From the human T2T-CHM13v2.0 reference genome, Homo sapiens: 64,000 nucleotides of DNA. Where the stretch lies: the NCBI RefSeq assembly GCF_009914755.1, contig NC_060929.1. The stretch is one strand, 5' to 3'. Position 1 is the stretch's first letter. The number at the start of each line of letters is the position of its first letter. Positions 47,671 to 61,350 of the stretch are shown here, piece after piece. The notes below the pieces were generated by a model. The model saw nothing but the letters and a program-made list of their open reading frames with translations. It ran no database searches and was not told where the DNA came from. The translations under genes were made by a program, and so were the position numbers.

Positions 47671-50600
47671 GTTTGTTAAACTGATTTTCAACTGACTGCA
47701 TTTACTTGAAAATCAGCTAGTTCCACTGATTTTTGTTTTGTTTTGTGCAGACTTAAGACTAAAGTTACAAGATTTTTATTCACATATTTGATTTAATAGT
47801 AAAGCACAATGTAGTAATCATTAAGACTTTCTGATTTATAATGTCTAATCTTTTTTACAATGAACTGCGATAAATATAGACTGATAGCAGCTATTAAAAA
47901 TCTGTTATCTGATTATCTTAAGGTGGAATTTGTAAAACTTAGGATCTCTAAAGGTCTTGTATCTTAATTAATTCTCTCTTTTACAATATTAGCTTATAGT
48001 GGAGGCTGAAATGATAGTGGTTTCATTAATTAAAACCTATCAAAAGAAAAAAATTCATAGGTAATCTAATATTCATCCAATTTCAAGGAATACTTACAGA
48101 ATACCTTTTTCTGAGCTGTTAAAATCAAGAAAGTCTAACATGTGCCTTTCAATGGTAGGTTTTCCTGATCTTCATGGAAAAATGTTAGAATTCACTCAAC
48201 ATGGTTTAAGGGTGTGATATTTTCATGAAAAATAAAAAATGATTTAATAAAATAGATGTAATTTATAATAAAATGGCATCCTTGTATACACAGACAAGAG
48301 ATTATGAGAAGAAAATCTATTCAGAATTTCTCATTTAAAAATCAAGAACTACAAATCAGATGAAATTATTAAATAATATGTAAGTACTTTCACAAAACCT
48401 ATAACATTCAGTCAATGGATAAAAATCTAGGAATTGCTTTCTTTTGAGTTTTCTTTACATGCAAGCTACCACAAAACAGAACCAGAAATGAGCCAGTATT
48501 TGTTATGGATGTGTGTGGAGAAAGAGATGATTTTTCCTCTCACAATATCTTAAAATTATGACCATTTGTTGGCCTAAGAGAATAAGTTATAATTAAAAAA
48601 TCTGTCATAAAAATGTGGCCAATGTGCAGTAGCTATGTTTATGTATGTTTAGAAATCAACAGATAGAACTACAAGGGATATATTTCCATATTTGAAAGTG
48701 GCAATTGCTTAATATAAAAGTATTTAAAATTTCTTGAACACGTGTACACACAAGAAAAGAAAAAAAACTGAGGCATCTATTGTTATCTCTTTGACCATAG
48801 ATATAATAAAAGCAAAATAAAAATTAAAGGATTTATAGCTAAAAAGTAGGTTTAGTGGATATTACCAAGTGGAAGTGTTTTTATTTAAATATATATAAAC
48901 TTATAATATATTTCAGCAAAGCAAACAACCAGTACAATTAAGTCTACAGTGCTAAGTATATCATAAATATAAAAAATTAAAATGTGTTTTTGGTAAACTC
49001 TCCATTAAGAAAGTACAATCTCTTATCCTATCCACCCTGATTTTAAATTAGTCCCCTTCAGTTTTCTCTCAGCTAGCTCTGCTGGAAACGAGCAAAAAGC
49101 ACAAATGAAAAGTAGAATTAAATTATATTGCTTTTCTTTAAAAACGATTCATCAATTTAAAGTACTTGGGCAAATAAAACTGACAAGTGGCTTTCTTCAT
49201 TGAAGATGCCTAAGAGATGTGAAATGATAATTTGGCTTTTACTCCTCTAGTCATGTAAATAAGAAAGGCCACAGTTTTAAAAGAGATAGCGCACTATTTT
49301 GGGAAATAGTTTCAGGAATGAAAACATTAGAAGATAGATTATTTATAAGCTATGGCTTTCCATACTCCAATGTACATATGTTTTGGCATTGGGATAGCCA
49401 GACTTGAATTTGAAAACCTTATACTGTTACTCAGAAAGCATTCTGCTATTTCATTACAATGTTTTTGGTCTTTTTTCCCCCGTCAGGATTAAAGTATATG
49501 GCAAGCTATCTTTAGTAAGCTGACCTAATGGTCTCTTTCATCCACTTCTTCCCAAAAACGCACCCTAATGGAAGGAACCTTCTTAAGTGCCCTGGGAAGA
49601 AATCTCCTTGGGAAATTCTTCAGAAGGCTATTTAGAGAACACATGGTGACTGAAATAGTTTCTGAGGAGATGCATTGGCTTTTCTGAGAGAGGGACTGTC
49701 TGGGCCTCCCTTGCCAGATTCTTCCGTGGATAGTTCTTTGCTCTCTCTGGTTTTCAGCCTGTTGGAACTTATCTAATTTGTTTACAGAAAGAAGTTTCAT
49801 ATTAAATGCTTATTTATGATATGACATTCAGAAGAAGATGTAAAAGGAAAAAACTGAAAAGAAAGGCCGGGGTCTCTGATTGGAATTCAAAAACTACAGA
49901 AAATTTAGGAAGTGTAGATTTCAGGTGCTGCCAAACAGACACAAGACAGACACCAGATGAGATTTCTAAGCCACCTCAAGTTAGCAGCTCTTGAATTCTA
50001 GAAAAGTAAAGAAATATTTTAATTTTAACAAATAAATATTTGGGGGTGTATGCAGCCTGTCTGACTGAGATTTGCACAAGGAAATCTGAATTTTTAATTT
50101 CCTTAGGCTTACATCATTTTATTTCTAAATATATACATTTTTTGGTCTCCAGCTCATTAGCAAATAAATGCCCCTAAAAACAGAACAGTTCTAAAGATAT
50201 GGGCTTATGTTCCAAAAATGAGATATTTTCATTTTATTCTTTTTTGTATGGCCACAGGTGGCATCTCTAACTATGGCTAGTCATTTGTGCTGCTACAGCC
50301 ATGATATTTTAAAAATACACTTATTACATTTTAAAAAGAAACTTCAAAATTGAATCTCTCCTAAAGCTTTCCACAGGCATCCAGTTGTCTAGGTCTTGCA
50401 ACTAATCATGAAAATAACATGTAAAAAATGAATAAAGCACATAGGCTAATCTGGAAACTTCTATTACCTGTCCCATGTTAGCCTCAATTCCAGAACTGAT
50501 GATGGAAAGTGTCTTGTTGATTGAGACTGATAATATCTAATTCAGGTATTTCCATCAGAGAGACAGAGACCCTCCAAGTCAAATATTATCTACATAAAGG

Positions 50601-51971
50601 AAAGGAGGAGAGGCTCAAACGACAAGCTCAGCTCCTGACTAATTGCCACAATAATACAATGTGCAGCTTTGCTGCCAGAGAGCTAAATTGGCACACTGTA
50701 CCTTCTTGTTGGAATTAAAAGATGGCTGGGGGAAATACAAGAATACTCTTATAAAAAAAAAGTATGAGGTAATCTTGTTATAAGTTTTCCAAACTTCCCT
50801 ACTGAATGTTTGTTCCAAACTTTATTTAAATAGCATGTTACTGCGATACCTCATTTACATGGTGTGTCAAAGTGTTATAATTTCCACATTTCTAGACTCC
50901 CAGGTCCAAGACAGCATTGCATAATGAAGGGAAAGGATACAAGATTTCTAGGAATGAATTTTAGTGTAAATAATAATCAGTTATTCGATCAACATTCCAA
51001 GGACAATGAGGAATCTATGATGTATTGTTTATTAGATATTCAATGTTTTTACCCTCTATGGATTGAGGCACTTTCTGTAAATATGGAAAGGGGATTCATT
51101 ATACTGTGGAGTATTTTCTGAAAATTCTGTTACTTTTTTTTTTTCATTTGCGTTCTATCACAAAATTCATCTAAGCATAGAAATGGTTGTTTCTCATTGG
51201 GGAATTTATCTGCCAAAATGTTATTGCTATAGGAAATGTATGTCACATTGGATTATCACTTGGCACTGTTCAAGCCAGAACAGTGTGAGCTTTAAACTTG
51301 GTTTAAAAAAATCTAATTAGTATCAACTGAAAAAGAAGATCCCTCAAAAAAAATTATTTCTTACTTTTCCTATTATGAAAGGTGATTTGTGATAAAAATT
51401 TTTAATCTGTAATCATTTTTGCTATGCAAAATCAAATTTGACATTTTTAGAATATATTATTCTGAGTAATAGGCAAATTTCCTTAAAACGTGCTTAAAAA
51501 TGGGGAAAATTAAATGAATAGAAAATATTATTCCTAGTGAAAAGCACCTGTGTGGGCAATAATGAATGAAAATATAAGAATGTAAGGAGTTTATTACTCT
51601 ATTCAGACAGTTCTCTAGGTAAATTGAGAGATGTTTTTGATATTCAATCAATAATAATTTATTGAGTGACTATTATCTGGCAGTTACTGCATTAAATAAT
51701 AAAAATGAGAAGACTCTATGAAGACTGGATAAAGACTGAATAAGACTCTATCATTTCACTTAACTGCTTTATGATCCAATCTGCAGGCACACATAAAAAG
51801 ACTGGCTGTAATCTTCAACAAAAATCAGTAGGAATACACACACAAACACATCCATGTATACGTATTTGCACATATATACATATTCATACATACATATGTA
51901 TGTATATGTATTTGCACACACAAATTCATGCATATATATTTGCATACAATCATCTGGAAAAGGATGAGATT

Positions 51972-51974
<3 letters not shown>

Positions 51975-52013
<39 letters not shown>

Positions 52014-52018
52014 CACAC
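51975..52018. repeat. (CA)n microsatellite, ~22 units with one interruption, preceded by CATA-rich low complexity
   Basis: Direct read. Confidence 0.97.
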
Positions 52019-52986
52019 GAAGAGCAAGCTGCTTTTTGGAATCTGACAGACCTGGATGTCACTTGAACCGTGTTGACCCTTGATTCCTTATCAAATGGGT
52101 TGACAATATTTCCTTAGAGGGTTTCTGAGAATATTGAAGGAGACAATAGATGCAAAACATTTAGCTCAGTGCCAGCCATGTAAAAACAGTAAGAAAGATA
52201 TAATTATTATTATATTTCATTTTATTTTGAAAGACTTCTTGGAGGAGGGAGCATATAAACAGACATTGAGATATGAGGATATAAAGAAGTATTATTAGGA
52301 AAAGGAAGTAATAGAATAGTATACCATAAGTAGAGAAGGAGAAAGTGATTCCAGAACAGGTAGGCACTTCTATCGCCATTAAATAGTATATGGCCATTTA
52401 CTATTCCATTTCATAAAAAAGAAAATTCTAAGAGCAAAAAGAGTGTTTTAAAAAAACATATATATATATATGTTAAAGTTTTTACATTGAAATAAAGATC
52501 TCAGCTTGGATCTACTTAAAACACATTAGAGAAATAAAAAATATAATTAGTGAAAAAATATTCAGGAAAATTTACTGGAGATGATGAAACAATAGGAATT
52601 TAAGGCATTAGCCATAATTTTAAATATTAAAAATATATTTTGTGATTAAAATATTGAAAATATTTTGATTTGAATACATCACAAAAGCAATTAAGCTAAT
52701 TACACACATTTTCTCTTTTTCTCTCTGTTTTATTAATATGTCACATTTCTGCTCATTTATCTTTTTTTTGTATTTTTTTTTCGTAACACAAATCTTATCC
52801 TAATGAGAATTTAAAATCAGGAGTCTATGTGACATAGAATTTCACCTATACATTATCTTAAAAACATGGGTTTGGGCAGGATCATTCTGAAAAATTTCTA
52901 CGAAAGTATTTCACACAGTGAGGTTTGAAGGTTTATAAATTCTGTGGTCATGTCATCAGGGTGATATTTTGAGAACAGCAAACACA

Positions 52987-52998
52987 GTGTGTGTATGT

Positions 52999-53034
<36 letters not shown>
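52987..53034. repeat. (TG)n microsatellite
   Basis: Direct read. Confidence 0.97.
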
Positions 53035-53036
<2 letters not shown>

Positions 53037-55144
53037 CTACTTCGTCATTGATAAAATTAGGTAGCGGCTATTTTACAGATATATCATAATTGAAAAATAG
53101 GACTAGATAAATAAATAATAGGTGATAGAGTAGAGATAGAGATAGGATTGAAAATCCATCTTGCACAAGCTGCTTGTAGAAAAGCCCTGGCTACTTGGGG
53201 TCTCTGAGTGCTTGGATAACTGAATATCACTACTGTCTCTTATAGATCTTTTACCTTCTTAAGGGAAAGTAAGCTAATGGCTTTCTACTGTTGTATTATA
53301 GGTAATTTTATGAGAGTAGGCTTGCACTGGCTTTCATCCTTGAATGAAGTCCCCCTTCATAGCTCTTCACGTTGAATTCTTGCCCTAACATTACCATCTC
53401 AGATGCCAGCCCTGCCATGAAGTCTTTGCTGATGCTTCAGACATTTAAGACACCTGTATATTTCCACAGCATTTTGTTTGTATTTTTGAGTGATTTGTCA
53501 TGTCCTTTTTACAAAAAAAATTTGGATGTGTTTCTTTTCTATTCCTTCCCTCCCTAGAAACATTTTGTGGGAAAAATTGCACATTAACAGACTCTTGATA
53601 AAACATTTGTTGAGTTGCATTGCATTGACTTGAATTTGTAGACAATTTTTAAGTGGAATGGCTAACAGAACCTTTCTAAAAGTCCATCCATCTGTTCTAT
53701 TGATAGTTGTTATGTATTATTAGAAAGATTTCTAATTCTAGGTATATGTATGCAAGTATAAATGAACTAATTTTTCATGTATTAGAATTACTAATTTTTC
53801 ATTAGTTTTTTTAATGACATTTATCAAACACATTATGGTAAAATTTTCATAATAGCAAGTGGTTAGCAGTATTCAGTTGCACTCTTTGCAACTACCATAT
53901 TTTAAATAGTTTAATGACAGGAAGGGACAAATCTTTCAAGTATTTTTATCAGCTTATTTATCAGTATTCTTGTTTGCTTTGAGGTGAAAACACTAAATAA
54001 TATAAAAATCAATGTATAGGCAGTATAAATGTTACCATCATCATTGTGACTGACCAAAGTGTATAATACTTTAAACATAATAGCAATATGCTGAAAATTA
54101 AAGCAATTTTATTGATTTTTATTTCTAGCTTTTAACGCATCACTGGTCCTCTTCCTTTCACGAGTCAATTTCCTTTACTGCTCTTGCTCATTCACAATAA
54201 ATATTTACTATCCAAGTTCTGTTACCACCACTAATAATTACAATATGTGTGAATATCCTGATGCTTAGCCATAATGATACCACTACAGTCAATGCTCATC
54301 GAACTACCATTTGTGGGAAACTGCCTTATACTTTGCTTTCCAAAAGCCATTTTTGGTACTGTCCTCTGATTGAGAGTCCATGCTTCACTCAAACAGAAGT
54401 CTATCTTGAAATTCTGGTCCATTACATAATTTTCAGAAGCTGGGAGAAAGGCATTTGCATCATTTCTGTTCCCAGATCTGTTCAATATATACTTCCAGTC
54501 TGTCATGCCTGAAATTAATTTTTTTTACAATCTGGATCTTTACTATATGCTAAAAATTCAGTACAAAAAAGGACCTCCTTCTGCAGAGAATATGTAAGCC
54601 AGAACATCGTGTTCCATCTTTATAATGAAACACATAGTTCCAATCAAAAGGCAAATTTGTTTCAAAATGTTTAAAGAGAATAATGCTTTAAAGGATTTCA
54701 AATGGTTACTTTGTAAAAGTGAGAAGATTTCTATTTTGCTATATATTTTGACCTGGATCATGTAATTTGTATGTAAACTACACAACTTTTTATTTATTTT
54801 AAGCTATTTACCCCTTTGTGTTTCATGCTTCTGAGATTGGAAAACAAATGTGAATAATATTAGAAATAGTTTCTCTCAAAACACATTCAATTGTATGACC
54901 ATTAAAAATGTAAATTGTGAGTATTTATCAACAAGTTCTAAGCAAATGATAATATACAGTTTAGACTCTTGAGTCAAGAAGCTTATCATTACCACAATTT
55001 AAAATTTTGTTTCTCCAAAACTAGAAAATTACTCTTCTTTATTTTGTAAACTTTTCAAAGTAGAATGACCCTAAAAACTAAATTTCAAATATTAGAAAAA
55101 GAAAATATGATAGCATTAAAAACAAAACAAAGAAAAACCCTTTG

Positions 55145-55262
55145 TTGGATCTTGGGAATATTACTCACCTCTGAAATTATATTCATTCCTCTGTAAAATG
55201 GGAATAGGCACATGTGAAGACTAAATGAAGTAATGCATATAATGGCAATAATACAGAACCTG
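55145..55262 (+). mobile_element. MIR fragment
   Basis: atcttgggaatattactcacctctgaa...ctctgtaaaatgggaata...tgtgaagactaaatgaagtaatgcat. Confidence 0.7.
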
Positions 55263-56319
55263 AATTAGATTTCTCTTCTCCTCTTATGTCTCCTCTTCCT
55301 CCCCTGCGGCTTCACCTACCCTCCACCTCCCCTTCTTTATCTCTTTTTCTCATTTTCTTAGGTTGGGGCAAAAATATTTCCTTTCTCCTATTTCTTCTTC
55401 CTCTTTAATTCCAAAATGAGGCTTTTGTTAACATAGCATTTTACTTAGATCCAAGGTTCAAACTGAGACCTCTATCACATCAAAATCATACTTTTCTGTA
55501 ACTTTTTAATTTCCCCTGGAAGTTCTATTGATTTTTGCATAATGAACCTGTCACAGACACATAATGAGATTAAACAAATTTTCAACTTCTGACAAATACT
55601 ATGTTTCTAAAAACGTTTGCCTTATGCTTTTGGATACTATATTGTTTGGTACATGAATATTTGTTAATGTTTGGCTTTTATTAACATTTTTAAAAACTAG
55701 TAAATAATGGACTAGCTTATGTAGTGATTAATTTCTGATTTGTTTGATATTAATAATACTCATGATGACTTCATACAAAGTTTATTAATAAGTCTTTGTC
55801 ATTCTCTTTTTAACTTTCTGCATTTCATTTGCTCTAGGTTCATGTCTTACATCTAGCTAGTATTTTTTTCACTTCAATCTGCGATTTTAACTCATTGTTT
55901 ACATAGTATTTCCATCTATTTTTCTATAAGACGTTCTCGTTCTCATCTAATGAACACTTTTATTAGTTAGACTTAACTTATAGTTGCATTTTTACCCTAG
56001 TTTTGATGTTTACATTGTGTTGAATGATTTAAGAGGCATTGCACAAATATTCTTATTCCACGCTTATATATATTGGTCTAAACTGTCATAGAGTGTAAAA
56101 AGTATTCGGCTTTTGCCCAAACGTTCTCCATTCTCTTCTAATTTTTTACTAACTTTGTCTGCATCTTTAACAATAACTTTTTGTTTTCTTTTTGTATTTT
56201 GATTACGGTTGTTGTTCCCATTTATTGTTGGAGGTAAGTCTGCTTGAATTGCTTAATCAATCAAAATCCACTTATCTGATATCGATAGGCATCACAAACT
56301 AATCACAAAGGGGCAGTAC

Positions 56320-56845
56320 TTAAATCATTTGGCTGCCTATGACTGAAAATAAAATTCATAGTGATTTAGCTAAACAGAAAGTTTATTTTTGTCACTTCAC
56401 AAAATTCTGCAGGTGAGAAGTCCAGGGCTTTTACAGTAGCTTTTGAAATAATATTTAAGACTTACTCTCTTTAACCTCTTCACTCAGCTGATTTTAACAT
56501 GAACACTTGCCATTGTGCTTGCCATTCCATGCTTGTAAGATGGTTAGCCACCACCAGCTTTGTATCTGAGTTCTGGGGAAGAAGAATACGAAAGCCAAAG
56601 ACAAAGGCCATGAACCTCTAATGTCTTCCCTTTAAAAAGCTTTATCCAAAGCCCCATCTGGAAAATCCAAGGTACATTTCATTGTGCCAGAACCTTGTCA
56701 AATGACTATTTTTATCCACAAGAAAGGATAAGGAATATTATATTTCAACTGGAAACATTGTTGCCCCATACAAAATTAGGTTTCTATTATAACCATAAAG
56801 TTGTAGAGAATAGACATTGCATAGGCAAGTAGCAAAGTCTTCCAA
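56320..56845 (-). mobile_element. MLT1J/K-like MaLR LTR
   Basis: agtgatttagctaaacagaaagtttattttt...agtccagggc...taagatgg...tgccagaaccttgtcaaatg...cattgttgcccc...gcataggcaagtagca. Confidence 0.65.
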
Positions 56846-58509
56846 GAGAGCTAATCCTTATGTTAGTGTTATATGATTCTAACCCCCAATCTACCCAACC
56901 TTTGGCTACTAATGATTGGTTGTGTGGTAGACCCTTAACTTTGGGTCAAACAGATTTCTGTGAGTCAATCAGGAACTATGACTCAAAGATGAAATCCGAA
57001 TTGTGTGTTGAAATTCAGAACCAACATTGGGCACTCAGTGTCTACCATGTGCATACTGAAATAGGGATAGCCTGGGGAAAGAAAAGAAAAAAGAAAATAA
57101 AATTGCACTACAGAAGTATTAGTATTAAAATACCATGTAGCCTAAGAAAGATAAAGAAAAAATTCCCTTCTTGTTTCTTCAACACATTACCCTTTTTGGC
57201 CCAGCTAGTGTGATAGCGATTCTGTTTCTCAATTTAGGCATATAGGATAACATAGCATCTTTCTCTCTTGGTGGTTTTTGTTTAGTTTTGTTTTGTTACT
57301 TCTGTTTAGACACAATTCAAACTCTGTGGAAGCAGGCGCACATATTTCTGTTCAACATTGTATTTACTCTGCCTAGCAGAGCATCTAATAGATAAGTATT
57401 TGTTTAATAAATGAGGCTTTATGTAAACTAAGGATCTCTAATTCTTTTTTTTCTCTTATCTTTTATTTTGTCATTGGTTTCACTGGAAATTCCAGTTTTC
57501 TTTCTACAGAAGCATTCCCTTTTAAGAGTTACTTTTGTTTAATGATTTCTGGACAGTGCCATTAATGATCCTGTAGGAACAGTTTATTTTGGTGTGCAAG
57601 TTTTCAGAAAGTAAACTCAAATGATAAAATATTTCTTTTGTGTTCATATAGGAGGAGATAAATAATAGGTAGTATCTCTCTTCACCAATTGAGAAATAAT
57701 ATGTGGAAAAAGACAGAGAAGGCAACCAAAATACCAATTCTTCCTTTATAGAGGAATTGGCTTATATCTGTGTTATAGTGTACTTCCTAAATGTTGAATT
57801 TCAGAATTAGGCATACTCACCCACCCAGCGACTCTGAAACAAGAATGAAAGAGTGAATTATATTATATCGTCCTTATGAGTTAAAGTTCAAAGAAATTGA
57901 AGTAAGCACACTCAGTCAGAAGGACTCTCCCATTAAAAGGTTAATTTTGGCCCTATGCATTCAGCATGTGGCAGGGACTAAAATCCATTTATGCAAAATG
58001 TCTCATCTTGCAAAAAATTCAATTTGAGCCATCATTAGATTCTTCCATACATTTCTAAATTTGCCTTTATGGCATCTCCATTGTGAAGTCTTTTATAAAG
58101 TTCTTCCTTTTCTGCATAGTCTATTCCAAACACCTGAATTCCCATTTTCTCCTTGGTTTTGTGTTTTTGCATTGTAGAATTGAATTGAATGACTTTTGAG
58201 TCACAAAGCCCACACTCTCTTTATGAGCAAGCATTTCCATGTTTCTGGCACTATGACTGTTTTCACTGCCTCTTGTTACAGAATTGTTTGGGTCTAAGAA
58301 ATTTACCTATGAAGGAAGTTTTCCTCTTCATACATAATTAACCAATCTGGAACCAATGTGTAATTGTATAGTAGAAGACAATTATTAAGTCTTATTCAAA
58401 AACTATATTAATTTGAGATTACTCCCCTCATCTTCTCATTCCTGGTACTGAATGCAATATGGATTTTGAGTTAGCTGATCTAGCACTGTCTGTACAGGGA
58501 TAAAGCTTA

Positions 58510-59080
58510 TAATTTAAATTAGAATCTCACTAGGGTACATGAAACTCATTTGTTTTTTTTCAGTTTAAAAGAAGTTGTATTGTTCTTAGCCATTGCCATA
58601 AAGACTCTTCCAGCTCACCCTCCATGATCCTCTTTCTGTCCCCAGTAAATATTTGCTTCAGCTGCTTCTGCTTGGATGTGAGCTGGGGAATGGAGTGTTA
58701 GGCAAATAGAACTCAGCCCTGTAGAAGAGAAAAGAAGCTCTTCCCTACCCTCCCTCCATGTATATGAGTGACAATTTGATTTTGCATGACATTAATGTAT
58801 TACTGTTTTGCTGTAAGCATTCTGAGACCAGCTCCTCATCATATTCTGGCATTGATTTTATCATAACTTTAGGTTTGGTTCAGATGTAAATTTAGTTGCT
58901 ATGTCTCTCAAGTCTTTTAAAATCTACTCTCTACTCTTCTTTTTTCCCCCTCCAATTGACCTGTTGAAGAAACTGAATTACTTCTCTTGCAGAATTTCTC
59001 ACAATCAGGTTTTTCTTACTGCATTCTTATGGCATATGTTCCTCTGTACCCAGCACACTAAAAATTAGATAGCACAAGCC
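58510..59080 (-). mobile_element. Old L1 (L1MC/ME-like) 3' fragments, continuing at 61351-61560 beyond THE1
   Basis: atttagttgctatgtctctcaagtcttttaa...ttgaagaaactg...cttgcagaatttctcacaatc; the right part has gtattgtgtacttcc...gaggcatacaat. Confidence 0.6.
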
Positions 59081-61350
59081 TGATATGGTTTGGCTGTGTC
59101 CCCACCCAAATCTCATCTTGAACTGTAGCTCCCATAATACCCATGTGTCATGGGAGGGACCCAGTGGGAAGGACCCAGTGGGAGGCAATTGAATCATGGG
59201 GGCAGGTTTTCCCCAAGTGTTCTCATGACAGTGAATAAGTGTCACAAGATCTCATGGTTTTATAAATGGCGAAGTTCTCCTGCACTTCTTTCTGCCATCA
59301 AGTGAAGAAGGATGTGTTTGCTCCCCCTTCCACCATGATTGTAAGTTTCCAAAGGCCTCCCCAGCCATGCTGAACTGTGAATCAAACCTCTTTCCTTTAT
59401 AAATTACTCAGCCTCCTTTATCAGCAATGTGAGAAGACTAATACAGTACATTGGTATGGTGTAGTGGAGTGCTGCTGTAAAGATAGCCAATAATGTGGAA
59501 GTTACTTAGGAAGTGGGTAACAGGCAGAGGTTGGAACAGTTTGGAGGACTCAGAAGAAGATAGGAAAATGTGGGAAGGTTTGGAACTTCCTAGAGACTTG
59601 TTGAATGGCTTTGACCAAAATACTGATAGTGATATGGATAGTAAAGTCCAGGCTGAGGTGGTCTCAGATAGAGATGAGGAACTTGTTGAGAACTGGAGTA
59701 AAAATCACTCTTGCTGTGCAAAGAGACTGGCAGCATTTTGCCCCTGCCCTAGAGATCTGTGGAACTTTGAACTTGAGAGAGATGATTTAGGGTATCTGGG
59801 GGAAGAAATTTCTAAGTGGCAAAGCATTCAAGAGGAAACACAGCATAAAAGTTTGAAAAATTTGCAACTTGACAATGCAGTGGAAAACAAAAAATGATTT
59901 TCTGGGGGGATATTTTGGCCAGCAGCAGAAATTTGCATAAGCAATGAGGAGTCAAATGCGAATTGCCAAGACACCGGGGAAAATGTCTCCAGGGCATGTC
60001 AGAGACCTTCACAGCAGCCCGTCCCATCACAGGCCCAGATCCCTAGGGTGAAAAAATGGTCTCCTGGGCTAGGTCCAGGGCTCCCCTGCTGTGTGCAGCC
60101 TTGGGACTTGGTGACCTGCATTCCGTCCACCCCAGCCATGGCTAAAAGGGGCCAATGTACAGCTTAGGCCTTTGCTTCAGAGGGTGAAAGCCCCAAGCCT
60201 TGGCAGCTTCCATGTGGTATTGGTCCTGCAGGTGCATAGAAGACAAGAATTAAGGTTTGGGAACCTTTGCCTAGATTTCAGAGGATGTATGGAAACACCT
60301 GGTTGTCCAGGCAGAGGTGTGCTGGAGGGTCAGAGCCCTAAAGGAGAACCTCTGATAGGGTGGTACAGCAGGGAAATGTGAGGTTGGAGCCCCCCACACA
60401 GAGTCCCCACTGGGGCCCTGCCTAGAAGAGGTGTGAGAAGAGGACCATTGTCCTCCAGACCCCGGAATGGTAGATCCACTGACAGCTTGTACCGTGTACC
60501 TGGAAAAGCTGCAGACACTCAACACCAGCCTGTGAATGCAGTCTGGACAGGGGGCTGTACCCTGTAAAGCCACAGGATGGAGCTGTCCAAGGCCCTGGGA
60601 ACTCATTTCTTGTGTCTGCTTGACTTGGATGTGAGACATGGAGTCAAAGGATTTCATTTTGGAACTTTAAAGTTTAATGACTGCCCTATTGGATTTTGGA
60701 CTTGCATGGGGCCTGTAGTCCCTTGGTTTTGACCAATTTTTCCCATTTGGAACTGGTGTATTTACCCAATGTCCAGCCCCCATTGTATCTAGGAAGTAAC
60801 CAACTTTTTTTAAATTTTTTATCTTACAGGTTCATATGTGGAAGGGACTTGCCTTGTACCAGATAAGACTTTGGACTGTGGGCTTTTGAGTAAATGCTGA
60901 AATGAGTTAAGACTTTGAGAGATTGCTGAGAAGGCATGATTGGTTTTGAAATGTGAGGACATGAGATATGGGAGGAGCCAAGGGATGAATAATATGGTTT
61001 GGCTGTGTTCCCACCCAAATCTCATCTTGAAATGTAGCTCCCATAAGCCCCATGTGTTGTAGAAGGGACCCAGTGGGAGGTAAGTGATTCATGGGGGTGG
61101 CTTTTTCCCATGGTCTTCTTGTGATAGCGAATACATTTCATAAGATCTGATGGTTTTCTAAAGGACAGTTCCCCTTCACTTCTCCTTCCTGTTGTCATGT
61201 GAAGGACATGTTTGCTTCCCCTTCCACCGTGATTGTAAGTTTCCTAAGGCCTCCCCAGCCATGCTGAACTGTGAGTCAATTAAACCTCTTTTGTTTATGT
61301 TACCCAGTCTAAGGTATGCCTTTGTTAGCAGCATAAGAACAGACTAATAG
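59081..61350 (+). mobile_element. THE1C/D MaLR provirus: 5' LTR 59081-59445, internal 59446-60989, 3' LTR 60990-61350
   Basis: Both LTRs begin t(g/a)atatggtttggctgtgt(c/t)cccacccaaatctcatcttgaa. The internal part has the typical THE1-int ggtaacaggcagaggttggaacagtttggagg and a purine-rich tract before the 3' LTR. Confidence 0.96.

Noticed and set aside
53874-53894. 7-bp inverted repeat agttgca/tgcaact
   Set aside because: Too short to exceed chance.
56228-56240. Isolated donor GAG|GTAAGT (similar lone sites at 34869 and an acceptor at ~42202)
   Set aside because: No convincing partner splice site; lone consensus sites are common in AT-rich introns.
59493-59897. 134-aa ORF as a host gene
   Set aside because: Remnant of the THE1 internal ORF; covered under the provirus.
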